A stretch of DNA of 64,000 nt from a virus. Shown here one piece after another: positions 9,138-17,889 of the stretch (position 1 is its first letter; each line of letters opens with the position of its first letter). The stretch spans positions 1 to 64,000 of the IMG/VR virus record IMGVR_UViG_3300036828_000568; one strand, given 5' to 3'. Below the pieces are notes generated by a model, which was not told the DNA's origin, searched no databases, and worked only from the letters and a program-made list of their open reading frames with translations. Made by a program: the position numbers and the translations under genes.

Positions 9138-9156
9138 GGGTTGCAGTGCCACTAAC
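9138..9156 (+). repeat. 19-bp direct repeat, copy 1 (copy 2 at 58902-58920)
   Basis: GGGTTGCAGTGCCACTAAC identical in both places. Confidence 0.9.
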
Positions 9157-9204
9157 AGGGTAGTAGCTTAGGGCGGTAAAGGCCTAACCAAAGGGAGGCA
9201 TCCA

Positions 9205-9486
9205 GTGGCCCGCAAACCAAAGCGAATACGTCGATGTCCAGTATGTGAAAGCAGCTTCGTTCCCTATAGGGATAATCACATATTCTGCAAGGAACGATGC
9301 AAAAATCTGCGCACTCACAGCGCGTGGCTGGCATATGAAAATAGAAAGTGTGAACAATGCGGGAAAATCTATGGCCCGAAGCGGAAATGGCAGAGGTTCT
9401 GTTCTGCATCCTGTGAACACGAGCATTGGAATAGGGAAAATGATGTGGCACAACGAATGCGTGATTTTAGAGCAAAAAGGATATAG
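9205..9486 (+). CDS. tandem Zn-finger protein
   Basis: two CxxC-n-FCxxxC units; GGAGG RBS. Confidence 0.7.
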   Translation: MARKPKRIRRCPVCESSFVPYRDNHIFCKERCKNLRTHSAWLAYENRKCEQCGKIYGPKRKWQRFCSASCEHEHWNRENDVAQRMRDFRAKRI

Positions 9487-9555
9487 ACGAGGTTGTAATC
9501 AGTGTTTCGTGGGTGTAGGCTGTGGGTATAGCACAGCTTATGAAAGGAGCACGCT

Positions 9556-9735
9556 ATGACACTCGAAGACTTCCGGGCGAAATACGGCTATGATGCCGTA
9601 ACGCTCCAACTCTTGGTGTGGCGGTATATCGAAGCCACCGTTCACGACAATCCCGAAATGTCCCCAATGGCTGCACAAATTCAACAGGTTATTGTTGACC
9701 TGCGCGCGGCCTTACGCGATGGGGTGCAGCGATGA
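9556..9735 (+). CDS. hypothetical protein (not in ORF track)
   Basis: 59 aa MTLEDFRAKYG...; AAGGAG RBS; TTGTAA-17-TAGGCT upstream. Confidence 0.65.
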   Translation: MTLEDFRAKYGYDAVTLQLLVWRYIEATVHDNPEMSPMAAQIQQVIVDLRAALRDGVQR

Positions 9736-10205
9736 CATGGATCGTGCAACTGATAAGGCCACCGAAGGTCAACGACTTTCGTGATGGCTTTTTCCCACGG
9801 CGCTGTCATTACAAGAAAGGAGCGCAGGAACTTGTGGATGAAGTAATGCGCAAGGGTGGCGAAGCGGTGATGATGAAAGAAAGAGATATGCGGCACACCA
9901 TTGAAGCCAAGACTGCGAAGATTAAAGTGGCTGAATTGGATATGGTAGCTGCCGATGGTTCTCATGCCGAAGCTCTGCACGCTATACTCGAACCAACGAG
10001 GTGTTACAGGGCCTTCTACACATTCTACGGAAGTGGAATGGGATATCGTTGTAAGGTGATCGAAGCCACCTCGTACGAAGATGCAGAACAGAAACTCTAT
10101 AAGCATCTGCATGGCTTGGCAGGCCAAGGTGAAATCGAATACACCATTACCGACTACGAATTTTCATTCCGGCTGTACGACAGCAGAAAGAAGGTGCGGC
10201 TATGA
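9732..10205 (+). CDS. hypothetical protein
   Basis: 157 aa; ATGA-coupled. Confidence 0.65.
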   Translation: MTWIVQLIRPPKVNDFRDGFFPRRCHYKKGAQELVDEVMRKGGEAVMMKERDMRHTIEAKTAKIKVAELDMVAADGSHAEALHAILEPTRCYRAFYTFYGSGMGYRCKVIEATSYEDAEQKLYKHLHGLAGQGEIEYTITDYEFSFRLYDSRKKVRL

Positions 10206-10564
10206 GTAAGACATACTGCATGGAGGCGGGCCACATGTTCGTAACTGTGACCCACCCTAAGATGGAAAAGCGCGGTCAGCCAGGGCACGATGAGTCCGGC
10301 CCATATTGGCAGGACGAAGCCTGGAAGGGCGTGTTTTCAATCGTCCTGGCTACTGGCGATTTCGTGTGGGTGCAGGCGGACTATTCGGCCGAGGGCCACC
10401 CCGAGGTCATGCGCGTGGGTGACGGTCGCGAAAAAGGCTACGATCATCACGGTGGCTGCGTACTCAGCGTGCCTGCCGCATGGTGCGAATACTGGACCGA
10501 AGAGGAAGCCAACAGCATAATGATGGCACAGGACGCCGACGAGCGCCTGCTGGATTATATGTGA
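10202..10564 (+). CDS. hypothetical protein
   Basis: 120 aa; ATGA-coupled; followed by GAGGC-TTCG-GCCTC hairpin. Confidence 0.7.
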   Translation: MSKTYCMEAGHMFVTVTHPKMEKRGQPGHDESGPYWQDEAWKGVFSIVLATGDFVWVQADYSAEGHPEVMRVGDGREKGYDHHGGCVLSVPAAWCEYWTEEEANSIMMAQDADERLLDYM

Positions 10565-10704
10565 GGAGGGAGGCTTCGGCCTCTTTCCCCTACGGTGAAT
10601 TATTCCTGGGATTCTATCCCCTGTGTACAGATTATTTTGAAATTGCACTCCACATTTCGCGCGCGTACCATGGGGTAGTAAAGGCAAATGCGAAGGACTA
10701 GGCC

Positions 10705-10977
10705 ATGAGGCGTACTCTATTCATCGGGGTTGCTGCCCTGTGCATTGGGCTCTATGGGAGTGCAGCCCATGCCGAATTTGTGCCGACGCCCGACAATTGC
10801 ACCGCGGACCGAATGGGATTTGAGGCCATGCTGTGTATCCAGAAATACCCCGATTTGATGAAACGACGATTAGCTGCGCCTCAACCGGGGTTGCCTCCGT
10901 CGCCTCAGTCTGATTGCTATTTCTATGGGTTGTCTTCTGGTGCTTCAATGAATCAATTACAATGGGAGTGTCGCTGA
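10705..10977 (+). CDS. small secreted Cys-containing protein
   Basis: signal peptide ending SAAHA; own promoter TTGCAC-17-TACCAT. Confidence 0.65.
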   Translation: MRRTLFIGVAALCIGLYGSAAHAEFVPTPDNCTADRMGFEAMLCIQKYPDLMKRRLAAPQPGLPPSPQSDCYFYGLSSGASMNQLQWECR

Positions 10978-11210
10978 TGCACTGCTACCGTAAGACTAAG
11001 GAACAGGACGAGTTCAAGAATGTCAAGTGGCTCTATACCGTGGGCTACTACGAACCTCACACGTTCCGTGGCGAAGTGAACGTGACTGAATACCTGTGGG
11101 TGCCTCTGGAAGACACTAGTGATGAATACGAAGCGCGTGCAATGGTTAACTACCTGAATGGGGGAGCAGGCTATTTGTTCAGGTATCCTGGCCGGGAAAC
11201 TACGAAATAA
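10977..11210 (+). CDS. hypothetical phage protein
   Basis: TGATG coupling; LYTVGYY...VNYLNGG. Confidence 0.65.
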   Translation: MHCYRKTKEQDEFKNVKWLYTVGYYEPHTFRGEVNVTEYLWVPLEDTSDEYEARAMVNYLNGGAGYLFRYPGRETTK

Positions 11211-11223
11211 CAAGGGTTGAACT

Positions 11224-11409
11224 ATGACCGTGTGGGCAGACGACGACGAGGGTCAGGTGCAAGTCGAATTCGATTTCGATGAGAAAAATGCATGGCTCGT
11301 GTTCAACAAAGAAACATCCGTGCTGCTAATGTCGCATAAAGAGGCTGTGGAGTTCGGGAAGCAATGGGCAGAAATGTTGGCAAAGATAGAGCAGAAGGGA
11401 GGAGGGTAG
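11224..11409 (+). CDS. hypothetical protein
   Basis: 61 aa; tiles. Confidence 0.55.
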   Translation: MTVWADDDEGQVQVEFDFDEKNAWLVFNKETSVLLMSHKEAVEFGKQWAEMLAKIEQKGGG

Positions 11410-11410
11410 A

Positions 11411-11623
11411 ATGGCGAGTGGTATAAATGAACCTGTCCAAAGAGTTCTTTTTGCTTTAGATAGAATAATTCGTAGTGCAGAAGAAAAAGAAGCACGTGAA
11501 TTATTTGACGCGGTTTTTGATTTAAGGCACGTTTGCATGAAAACCGGGAGGAAGTGGTCGTGGCCCTTCAATTGGGTAATGGACCATTTGGAAACAGAAA
11601 TGGAAAATTACGACAACAAATAG
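11411..11623 (+). CDS. hypothetical protein
   Basis: GGAGG RBS; 70 aa. Confidence 0.6.
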   Translation: MASGINEPVQRVLFALDRIIRSAEEKEARELFDAVFDLRHVCMKTGRKWSWPFNWVMDHLETEMENYDNK

Positions 11624-11629
11624 GAGGAA

Positions 11630-11870
11630 AAAAGTGTACAATTTTACGGTGGGAGTACAGCGGTTTTTAGGGGAAAAATTCTGGTGGTTCTGGGGTTTAG
11701 CAGAATTTTTAAGGGAAAAATTCAGTATAACCGTGGTCAATTGTACGCGGAGTACTTCAAAATTGTACTCTAAAATGGCTATAATAGCGCACGTAAGGAG
11801 TTGTACAATTTGTACACTTTGTACAGAAGGAATCTTCGCGAAAGTTTACCAGGGTGTCTCACATGGTACA
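11630..11870. repeat. cluster of nine GTAC-centred motifs
   Basis: GTAC at 11636, 11655, 11743, 11752, 11765, 11803, 11812, 11821, 11866; three tandem TTGTACA at 9-nt spacing. Confidence 0.75.
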
Positions 11871-11957
11871 CGCGTATTTAGGTCGCTAGATGTGGCTTTT
11901 TTGTGGCAATCTTGGCCCAAAAACTTCTTTATCTTCGCGGACAATTTCCTCTGTATC

Positions 11958-11986
11958 TTGACTTGCTTTCCCCGATTCATTATGCT
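11958..11986 (+). promoter_or_regulatory. sigma70-like promoter
   Basis: TTGACT-17 nt-TATGCT upstream of 12049 gene. Confidence 0.7.
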
Positions 11987-12048
11987 TTACTGCGTCGGTA
12001 GCTGGCCCATACCGGTCCAGCACAAGCCATGGGAAAGGAGCACTTATC

Positions 12049-12492
12049 ATGGCCCAGAAACCCAAGCAACTGAAGTCCGCTGCCGAGGCCCTCCACGATG
12101 CGAAGGTCCGGGTGGACCCCAAGACCATACCGGTCGCACCGGCGCAAGAAGATCAGAAGTCTGTGCCTGCGGCACAGGCGAAAGATCAGAAAGACGCCCC
12201 TGCGTCCACGAAGAAGTCCTCGAGCGCCGTCCAGAAGTGGAAGGCGGTTACGGCGGACAAAACCCTCTGCACTCTCGACATGACCATTACGGTCAAGCCG
12301 GAATTCCGGGCCAAGAACCCCAAGCGCGATAGCGCGAGGGCCAAGGCGGCCACCCGGTTCAACCTGTATGTCGATGGCCAGAAGGTCCGCGAGTACATCG
12401 ATCTTTGCCACACCAAGACGGGCCGCGCCAAGTCGGCGGCCCACGCTGATGTGCGCTGGGACTATGCACAGGGCTGGATCAACTGCAAGTAA
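12049..12492 (+). CDS. basic Lys/Ala/Pro-rich putative DNA-binding protein (paralog of 62371 gene)
   Basis: AAGGAG RBS; GC-rich codons; NPKR...RFNLY.DG.KV.EY...ADVRWD. Confidence 0.8.
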   Translation: MAQKPKQLKSAAEALHDAKVRVDPKTIPVAPAQEDQKSVPAAQAKDQKDAPASTKKSSSAVQKWKAVTADKTLCTLDMTITVKPEFRAKNPKRDSARAKAATRFNLYVDGQKVREYIDLCHTKTGRAKSAAHADVRWDYAQGWINCK

Positions 12493-12510
12493 TCCAGCAC
12501 CAAAGGAAAG

Positions 12511-12533
12511 GGAGGGAGCGATCCCTCCTTTTT
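12511..12533 (+). terminator. intrinsic terminator
   Basis: GGAGGGA-GCGA-TCCCTCC then TTTTT. Confidence 0.8.
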
Positions 12534-12940
12534 CCTTCTTTCATTCTCGCGGAAAGAATCCCTCCAGCAGATCTTCGCGAAAGAATCTTTCTTCAGGACA
12601 GAATCTTTCTTGTATCATTTCAGCAACACTGTGGCCTGAATGATTGATGTTGCTCGCAACACACGGTAATTCAGCAACATGTTGCAGATATGTTGTAGAA
12701 AGAATCTTTCATGTTGCTCAGCCTCCAGTGTTGCATCAGCCTATTGTGCTGATTCTGCAACTGTGGTAAAATTACCACGAATGCCTTTTGGGAAGCCATG
12801 CATCATCTGCATACCAGCTATGCAATTCAACATGCATATTTTGCTTTACATCTTCGCAAAGCTTTGGTATCGTGTTTGCATGGTTAGGGCAATAGTGTCC
12901 TATTCCATACGGGCATACCGCCCATTCCATAGGTGTTAAA

Positions 12941-13378
12941 ATGAATACCACTACCCTCGTTACCACTACGGCTCCCGCCCCTCAGGTGTCGCTCTCCGAG
13001 CGTTCGCACCCTATGGGCAAGTCCGGCCACGTCCGGGCATGGCGCGCTCAGTATAAGGCATGGCGCGTCCAGGCTCCGGCTTCCGACGCCACCATCCGCA
13101 TCCTGCCGCAAGGCCGGTCGCCATGGGGGCGCGATACGGAGGGTGCGGTTTTCTACACTGCGCTCGCCAAGGGTGCCACGTTCCAGGCGGTCATGGATTT
13201 GGCCGCAAAGGCGGGCATCAAGTACATCCCCGCGCTCAAGCATCTGGCGTGGGCGTATACCGCGAATGCGGCATACCTCGAGGTCGGTGGCCAAGTCTGG
13301 TCAATGCCGCAAGCCACGGCTCCGGTCGCAGCTCCGGTCGTTGCCAAGGGCAAGGGCAAGGGCTCCAAAAAGTCCTAA
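12941..13378 (+). CDS. basic Ala-rich hypothetical protein
   Basis: AGGTG RBS; GC-rich codons; KGKGKGSKKS tail. Confidence 0.75.
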   Translation: MNTTTLVTTTAPAPQVSLSERSHPMGKSGHVRAWRAQYKAWRVQAPASDATIRILPQGRSPWGRDTEGAVFYTALAKGATFQAVMDLAAKAGIKYIPALKHLAWAYTANAAYLEVGGQVWSMPQATAPVAAPVVAKGKGKGSKKS

Positions 13379-13573
13379 CGCCTAGGTTCGTGTGGGGTGT
13401 GGCGTAAATGCCACACCCTCCATCCCTCCCACATATGGTGTTGCTCATGCGCAACTTCTTTTATTACCGCCTCATGCGCCGTCGCACTATGCGCCGTCGT
13501 ATGCTGTTCTTGTATACAATGCGTCAGGCCCTCCAACAATCCCTCTAAGCCTCCAAATATCCTCCTCGACTCC

Positions 13574-13600
13574 GGCCCGCCTCGTGCGGGCCTTTTTATT
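13574..13600 (+). terminator. intrinsic terminator
   Basis: GGCCCGC-CTCGT-GCGGGCC then TTTTTATT. Confidence 0.75.
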
Positions 13601-13895
13601 TGTCCATCATTCCAGAAAGAATCATTCCTATGTTATGGGCTCGGGCATCAGGGTCAGCGGTCCATCTACAGGAATCAACAGTCATTTTCCGTGGAATCCT
13701 CAAATACTTGTCACGCGCTTGATGAGAAGGAAACCTGATTTTGATGAGGAGCCAGAAACAATTTGCTTTACAAACTCAAGCCCCTAGTCAAACGACTTAT
13801 GATACAAGCACACTCCGACATAAGCCGCCACATATATCATCACAACGATCCCACCACAGACCCCCAGAAACACTATCACTTTAATAATCATTAGT

Positions 13896-14228
13896 TCAAA
13901 CCCCCGGCCCCTGTCCCTTCCTTTTCAACCACTTCCTCTCTTCCAAAACATTTTTGATAATAGTCCGTGCCGCCTCAGCAAATGACATCTCTACTATTTC
14001 ATCAGGAGTTTCGTCTGGCAACCCTAAAACAGATCCCATAAACTGCAACCTCGCAGCAGCTTCCACCAATGCCATTTGAACTCCCACGATAGCAGTTCCG
14101 GCGCTTCCTTGCGAATCTTCATTCTGTTTCTTTTCAAAATATTTTTGGATCGCACCATGAATCAGCGCGTAAGCTTCACTACGCGCGGCTTCAGCTTCTT
14201 GATGGTGTTTCTTAGTTAGCTTTATCAT
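13896..14228 (-). CDS. hypothetical protein
   Basis: probable start MIKLTKK at 14228 after GGAG/GAGG. Confidence 0.6.
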   Translation of the reverse strand: MIKLTKKHHQEAEAARSEAYALIHGAIQKYFEKKQNEDSQGSAGTAIVGVQMALVEAAARLQFMGSVLGLPDETPDEIVEMSFAEAARTIIKNVLEERKWLKRKGQGPGV

Positions 14229-14274
14229 GATGCCTCTCCGCAAAGAAGAAGAGGGGCATTTGCGCCCCTCCTGA

Positions 14275-14631
14275 TTAGACTTGGTTTGCCTGGAAGGCGT
14301 CGAGTACCATCTGGTGATATTCGATCGGGATCCTTGGCATGTACAACGGTTGGTCGGGGCGGGGTATGATGGCCCACGATGGATAACCGCTGGAGCTTGG
14401 CCATCCGACAGGGTGGCCGGGGCCACCATCGTAGCGCCATGCCAGCCGAGCCTCGCCATCCCACTGAATGAGGGCCAGTGTGTAGGTCAGCCGTTCCGTG
14501 GGACTTATGCCATCCCAACTTTCCGAGCCTTGGGGTTCCTTGCGTATTAGAATTTTTAGTATTCTTATACGAGCCTGGGGAAATAGGCAATCCTCCGGTT
14601 CGTATACCGTTGGTCTAGTCATCGTAGGCAT
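14275..14631 (-). CDS. hypothetical phage protein
   Basis: AAGGAG RBS; promoter upstream; 118 aa. Confidence 0.75.
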   Translation of the reverse strand: MPTMTRPTVYEPEDCLFPQARIRILKILIRKEPQGSESWDGISPTERLTYTLALIQWDGEARLAWRYDGGPGHPVGWPSSSGYPSWAIIPRPDQPLYMPRIPIEYHQMVLDAFQANQV

Positions 14632-14662
14632 GGCTATGCTCCTTTGCTCTTGCCAATGGTTA

Positions 14663-14691
14663 ATTATACTTTACACGAATAAGGAACACAA
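14663..14691 (-). promoter_or_regulatory. sigma70-like promoter, GTAAAG class
   Basis: minus strand TTGTGT-tccttattcgtGTAAAG-TATAAT. Confidence 0.75.
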
Positions 14692-14694
14692 CCT

Positions 14695-14892
14695 CTAATG
14701 CTTCCTTATGTTTACTTCCTTTTTCTCTTCCCTGGTTAGTTCCCTCAGCCCATGCCCATCATCCGTGATAGCCATCCCGTGGCCACATTCGTAGCAGATA
14801 ACAAAGTCACCGGCCACAGGACCCCGGCCTGCGGGGCCTCCCGCTTCCATGAGGCCCTCTATTTCAACTCCACATTTGGTGCAGGCAGGCAT
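14695..14892 (-). CDS. Zn-ribbon protein
   Basis: CTKCG...CYECG; start coupled to upstream stop. Confidence 0.6.
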   Translation of the reverse strand: MPACTKCGVEIEGLMEAGGPAGRGPVAGDFVICYECGHGMAITDDGHGLRELTREEKKEVNIRKH

Positions 14893-15068
14893 TACTCTAC
14901 CCTCCACATCTTGGTAGCGTATGTCACAAGGTCCTTGAACATCAGCCGATCCAAGGCCACATAATGATCCCCGCCCGCGCGGGGCGCGCGGAGCCATATG
15001 CTCCATCCATCGAACGATGCGTATAGGCCATCGCCCAGATATATTTCGTTTACAGCTTTTTCAGTCAT
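14892..15068 (-). CDS. small hypothetical phage protein (not in ORF track)
   Basis: 58 aa MTEKAVNEIYLGDGLYASFDGWSIWLRAPR... Confidence 0.6.
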   Translation of the reverse strand: MTEKAVNEIYLGDGLYASFDGWSIWLRAPRAGGDHYVALDRLMFKDLVTYATKMWRVE

Positions 15069-15227
15069 GGTCTAGGGGTTGCCCTTAATCGTTTGCGTAG
15101 CTCTATCTTTTCTTCTTGGGTGAGGTTAAAGTTGTCGCTTATCCAGCGGCAAACATAGCAGACGTTGCGCTCATCAATCGCACCTATGGAATGTATTTCC
15201 AGGCCACATTCTTCACATGTGAATACC

Positions 15228-15515
15228 CTAGCAGTCATAAACCTCTACCTCCGGCGGGCGTTCTTCTAGCATCTTTTTGTACTCGGGCATGTGCTGGATA
15301 GCTATGGCATTCAAGCCAGACCCTACCACTATCTGCATTCCACAGCTACGGCACTCGTACAGGTCGGCTTGCCAGAGTTTATAGGATTCCCATTCAGAAG
15401 CAAATAGTTTCCCTGGGATTGCTCTTGGCTTCTTAGGCTTCATCTCCTGTACGCGAATGCCGCATCGCGCCGGTTTGAAGAATGTGCCACATGAAACGCA
15501 GATAGGTTTCAGCAC
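15228..15515 (-). CDS. Zn-ribbon protein
   Basis: CVSC...CRSC; AGGAGG RBS. Confidence 0.65.
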   Translation of the reverse strand: MLKPICVSCGTFFKPARCGIRVQEMKPKKPRAIPGKLFASEWESYKLWQADLYECRSCGMQIVVGSGLNAIAIQHMPEYKKMLEERPPEVEVYDC

Positions 15516-16312
15516 GCCCTCCTCCTTCTGATATAGCGCCAGAACGCGAACGCGCCAAGCAAACCCGGTAATCCGGTGCCGACTATCGGACCTGGGACCG
15601 GGACTTGCTGATTTACCGGCGTAGTCATAATCAGCCCACCTACATCGCCCTGTGCAAACGGAGGGTGCGTTCCACCAGTGAATGCGAACACCTCTGTAAT
15701 CTTGAACTGTTGGCCTGGAAGCATGGCACTCAGTGTTATATCATCGATCCGCAGGCCATTGCTGAACTGGTCCTGGCCCGCGAATGATGATGTACCTCCC
15801 ACAAATGGTCCGCAGAATGGATTGGGTGTATTGCAGACTAGGACCTGGGTAGTCACTGTGTAGCCAGGAGTGCCTACTGCCGGGGTTTCGATCGTGCCCC
15901 ATTTCGTAGGTAGCGTAATCATGGGGTTGCCCGTCAACGTGCCGGTCCACGAGGCGTAGAGGTACGCTGTCCCACCTTGGGGCGGAGCAAACCCATCGTT
16001 AAAGGTAAACTCGAATGTTGGGTTCGGACCTCCTAGACCGCCGCTGAACGTGTTGCCCCCTGGAGGGATAACTCCAGCAAAAATTTGGTCGAACCCGAAA
16101 CCAGTGGGACCAGTTGGTAAAATCGGATTGCCGATAATCTGCACGTTTGGGGCTATGCCTCCAGGCGTCACAGTCCCGGTGTTGGTGCCGAGGATTGCAA
16201 TACCAGTCATGCCAGCGCCAGGATCGAAGTAACCAACAGTCACAGTGTCAGCATTTGCTGCCAGAGGGCTGAGCAGCATGGTCGTAGCTAGTAACACAGA
16301 ACGCATTTTCAT
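15509..16312 (-). CDS. PEP-CTERM-like (VPGP variant) surface protein 1
   Basis: signal peptide ...LSPLAANA; C-terminal VPGPIVGTGLPGLLGAFAFWRYIRRRR; ATG 16312 downstream of promoter. Confidence 0.8.
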   Translation of the reverse strand: MKMRSVLLATTMLLSPLAANADTVTVGYFDPGAGMTGIAILGTNTGTVTPGGIAPNVQIIGNPILPTGPTGFGFDQIFAGVIPPGGNTFSGGLGGPNPTFEFTFNDGFAPPQGGTAYLYASWTGTLTGNPMITLPTKWGTIETPAVGTPGYTVTTQVLVCNTPNPFCGPFVGGTSSFAGQDQFSNGLRIDDITLSAMLPGQQFKITEVFAFTGGTHPPFAQGDVGGLIMTTPVNQQVPVPGPIVGTGLPGLLGAFAFWRYIRRRRAC

Positions 16313-16349
16313 CGTGGGGTTCCTTTTCCTTTGCCCCCATGCCTTTTGC

Positions 16350-16378
16350 ATTTTACTTTACGGAAGTTAGGGATGCAA
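16350..16378 (-). promoter_or_regulatory. sigma70-like promoter, GTAAAG class
   Basis: minus strand TTGCAT-ccctaacttccGTAAAG-TAAAAT. Confidence 0.7.
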
Positions 16379-16379
16379 G

Positions 16380-16628
16380 CTACCAAAGTTCTCTAAGGAT
16401 CATTACAGATACAAGACCTGTAATAACAAGAAATGGATCCATGATCAAAGCGTAGGACCATGGATGAAAGTATAAACCATCAACTACAGATGCAGTAACC
16501 GCTAGAGCAAAGATTACTAAATCTATTCGGCGTGCTTGGAATTTCCATATCCTTGGCCCTATATCTATATTGAGCCAGTCTAGAAACCGGTCAAACCATC
16601 GTGGCGTTTGTGGGATTGGTATTCTCAT
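16380..16628 (-). CDS. small membrane protein
   Basis: two hydrophobic segments; ATGA-coupled. Confidence 0.6.
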   Translation of the reverse strand: MRIPIPQTPRWFDRFLDWLNIDIGPRIWKFQARRIDLVIFALAVTASVVDGLYFHPWSYALIMDPFLVITGLVSVMILRELW

Positions 16629-16903
16629 TTGATACCGTACTTTTCTTCCAGTTGTTTGATCCATACGTCTATTTCAGTTTCTTGTTTTTCTGGCATGGTT
16701 TTGGATTCTATTTTCATGCCTACACGTTTTCTTATTTCCTTTATTTCGTCTACTGTTTCGGCACGCATAATAAGATCATAAACGATATTAAATTCAATGC
16801 TTTGACGCCTTGCCTTAATTCGAACCATAGGAAATCCTGGGCGTGAAACATAGTGATAGCGTTTGCCATGGTTGTAAAACGATTTGAGGTGGGGGTATTT
16901 CAC
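16625..16903 (-). CDS. hypothetical protein resembling integrase arm-type DNA-binding domain
   Basis: HGKRYHYVSRPG...RI...SIEF...Y pattern. Confidence 0.5.
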   Translation of the reverse strand: MKYPHLKSFYNHGKRYHYVSRPGFPMVRIKARRQSIEFNIVYDLIMRAETVDEIKEIRKRVGMKIESKTMPEKQETEIDVWIKQLEEKYGIK

Positions 16904-17024
16904 AACAGGAATATCATAGAATATAGGATGGCTATTTCGATATACATCATGATATTTTACCGGAGGGGTTTGGGGAGAAGCCCCTCGCGCGTACGCGAGG
17001 GGTATTGTTTGATAGACCAGCGAG

Positions 17025-17699
17025 TTACGCTACAGCTTCACGTCGATACCACCATGCGAAACGCTTCTGGCGGAAACGAGCAAAGCCGAGCAACAGAAGA
17101 CCGACTAGTCCCGGCAACCCTGCTCCAACGATTGGGCCAGGAACCGGAGCCGCAACATCAACGCGATAATGCTCGAAGTCGGTGATAGTGCCACCGGTAT
17201 CGCTTATCGTGAAGCTGTTGATGGTTTCGCCGTTGATGGCAGTCAACGTGAAGAAGTTTTGCCCCGGCCCGAGTGGGCCGAAGAGTGAGAGCAGGTCGAA
17301 GTTGACCGGCTTGGTTCCACCACCTGGCTCGTTCGCGGTCACGGCCACTGTCACGTCGCCGGTACCTGTGATTGAGAAGATGTCGGTGGCGGTGGGTAGC
17401 ACCGTTGTCTTGTCTGCGGCAAAGACCTGCACACTCATACTGCCAAAGTCGTTGATCTTGATATCATTGCCTGAAGCTGCTCCGGTGAAACCAGTGCAGG
17501 TAACTAGGCAAGTGAAATCAACGAACCCTGTATGCTGGCCGTTGAAGCTGCCGACGACAAGATTGCTACCGGCGACATGGCTGTCGAAGTTAACGAGATC
17601 ACCTGTACTACCACCTGTGTCAGTGATGATCACGTCCGCCTTTGCAGGCATAACGGCGAGTCCCAAAAGCATGGTCCCCGCCAACAGATACTTTTTCAT
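17025..17699 (-). CDS. PEP-CTERM-like (VPGP variant) surface protein 2
   Basis: signal peptide MKKYLLAGTMLLGLAVMPAKA; C-terminal PVPGPIVGAGLPGLVGLLLLGFARFRQKR; AAGGA RBS. Confidence 0.85.
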   Translation of the reverse strand: MKKYLLAGTMLLGLAVMPAKADVIITDTGGSTGDLVNFDSHVAGSNLVVGSFNGQHTGFVDFTCLVTCTGFTGAASGNDIKINDFGSMSVQVFAADKTTVLPTATDIFSITGTGDVTVAVTANEPGGGTKPVNFDLLSLFGPLGPGQNFFTLTAINGETINSFTISDTGGTITDFEHYRVDVAAPVPGPIVGAGLPGLVGLLLLGFARFRQKRFAWWYRREAVA

Positions 17700-17889
17700 G
17701 TGCTAATGTCCTTTCGGTTGTTGCACATTACTGTTGGGGAAAGGTGATACTCGGTTTTTGTTATTTCATACACGACCCTCCTTCTTGGTTGTGTTCGACA
17801 ACCTCCGAAAACCCGGTATCGTTGTACCGGGCTGTAAAGCATTATTGCAGCATGATTTGCCGAACACAAGGCGTATTTTTTGTACAGAA

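Noticed and set aside
11634-12332. 232-aa ORF
   Set aside because: It runs through a promoter and repeat cluster and overlaps the better-supported 12049 gene out of frame.
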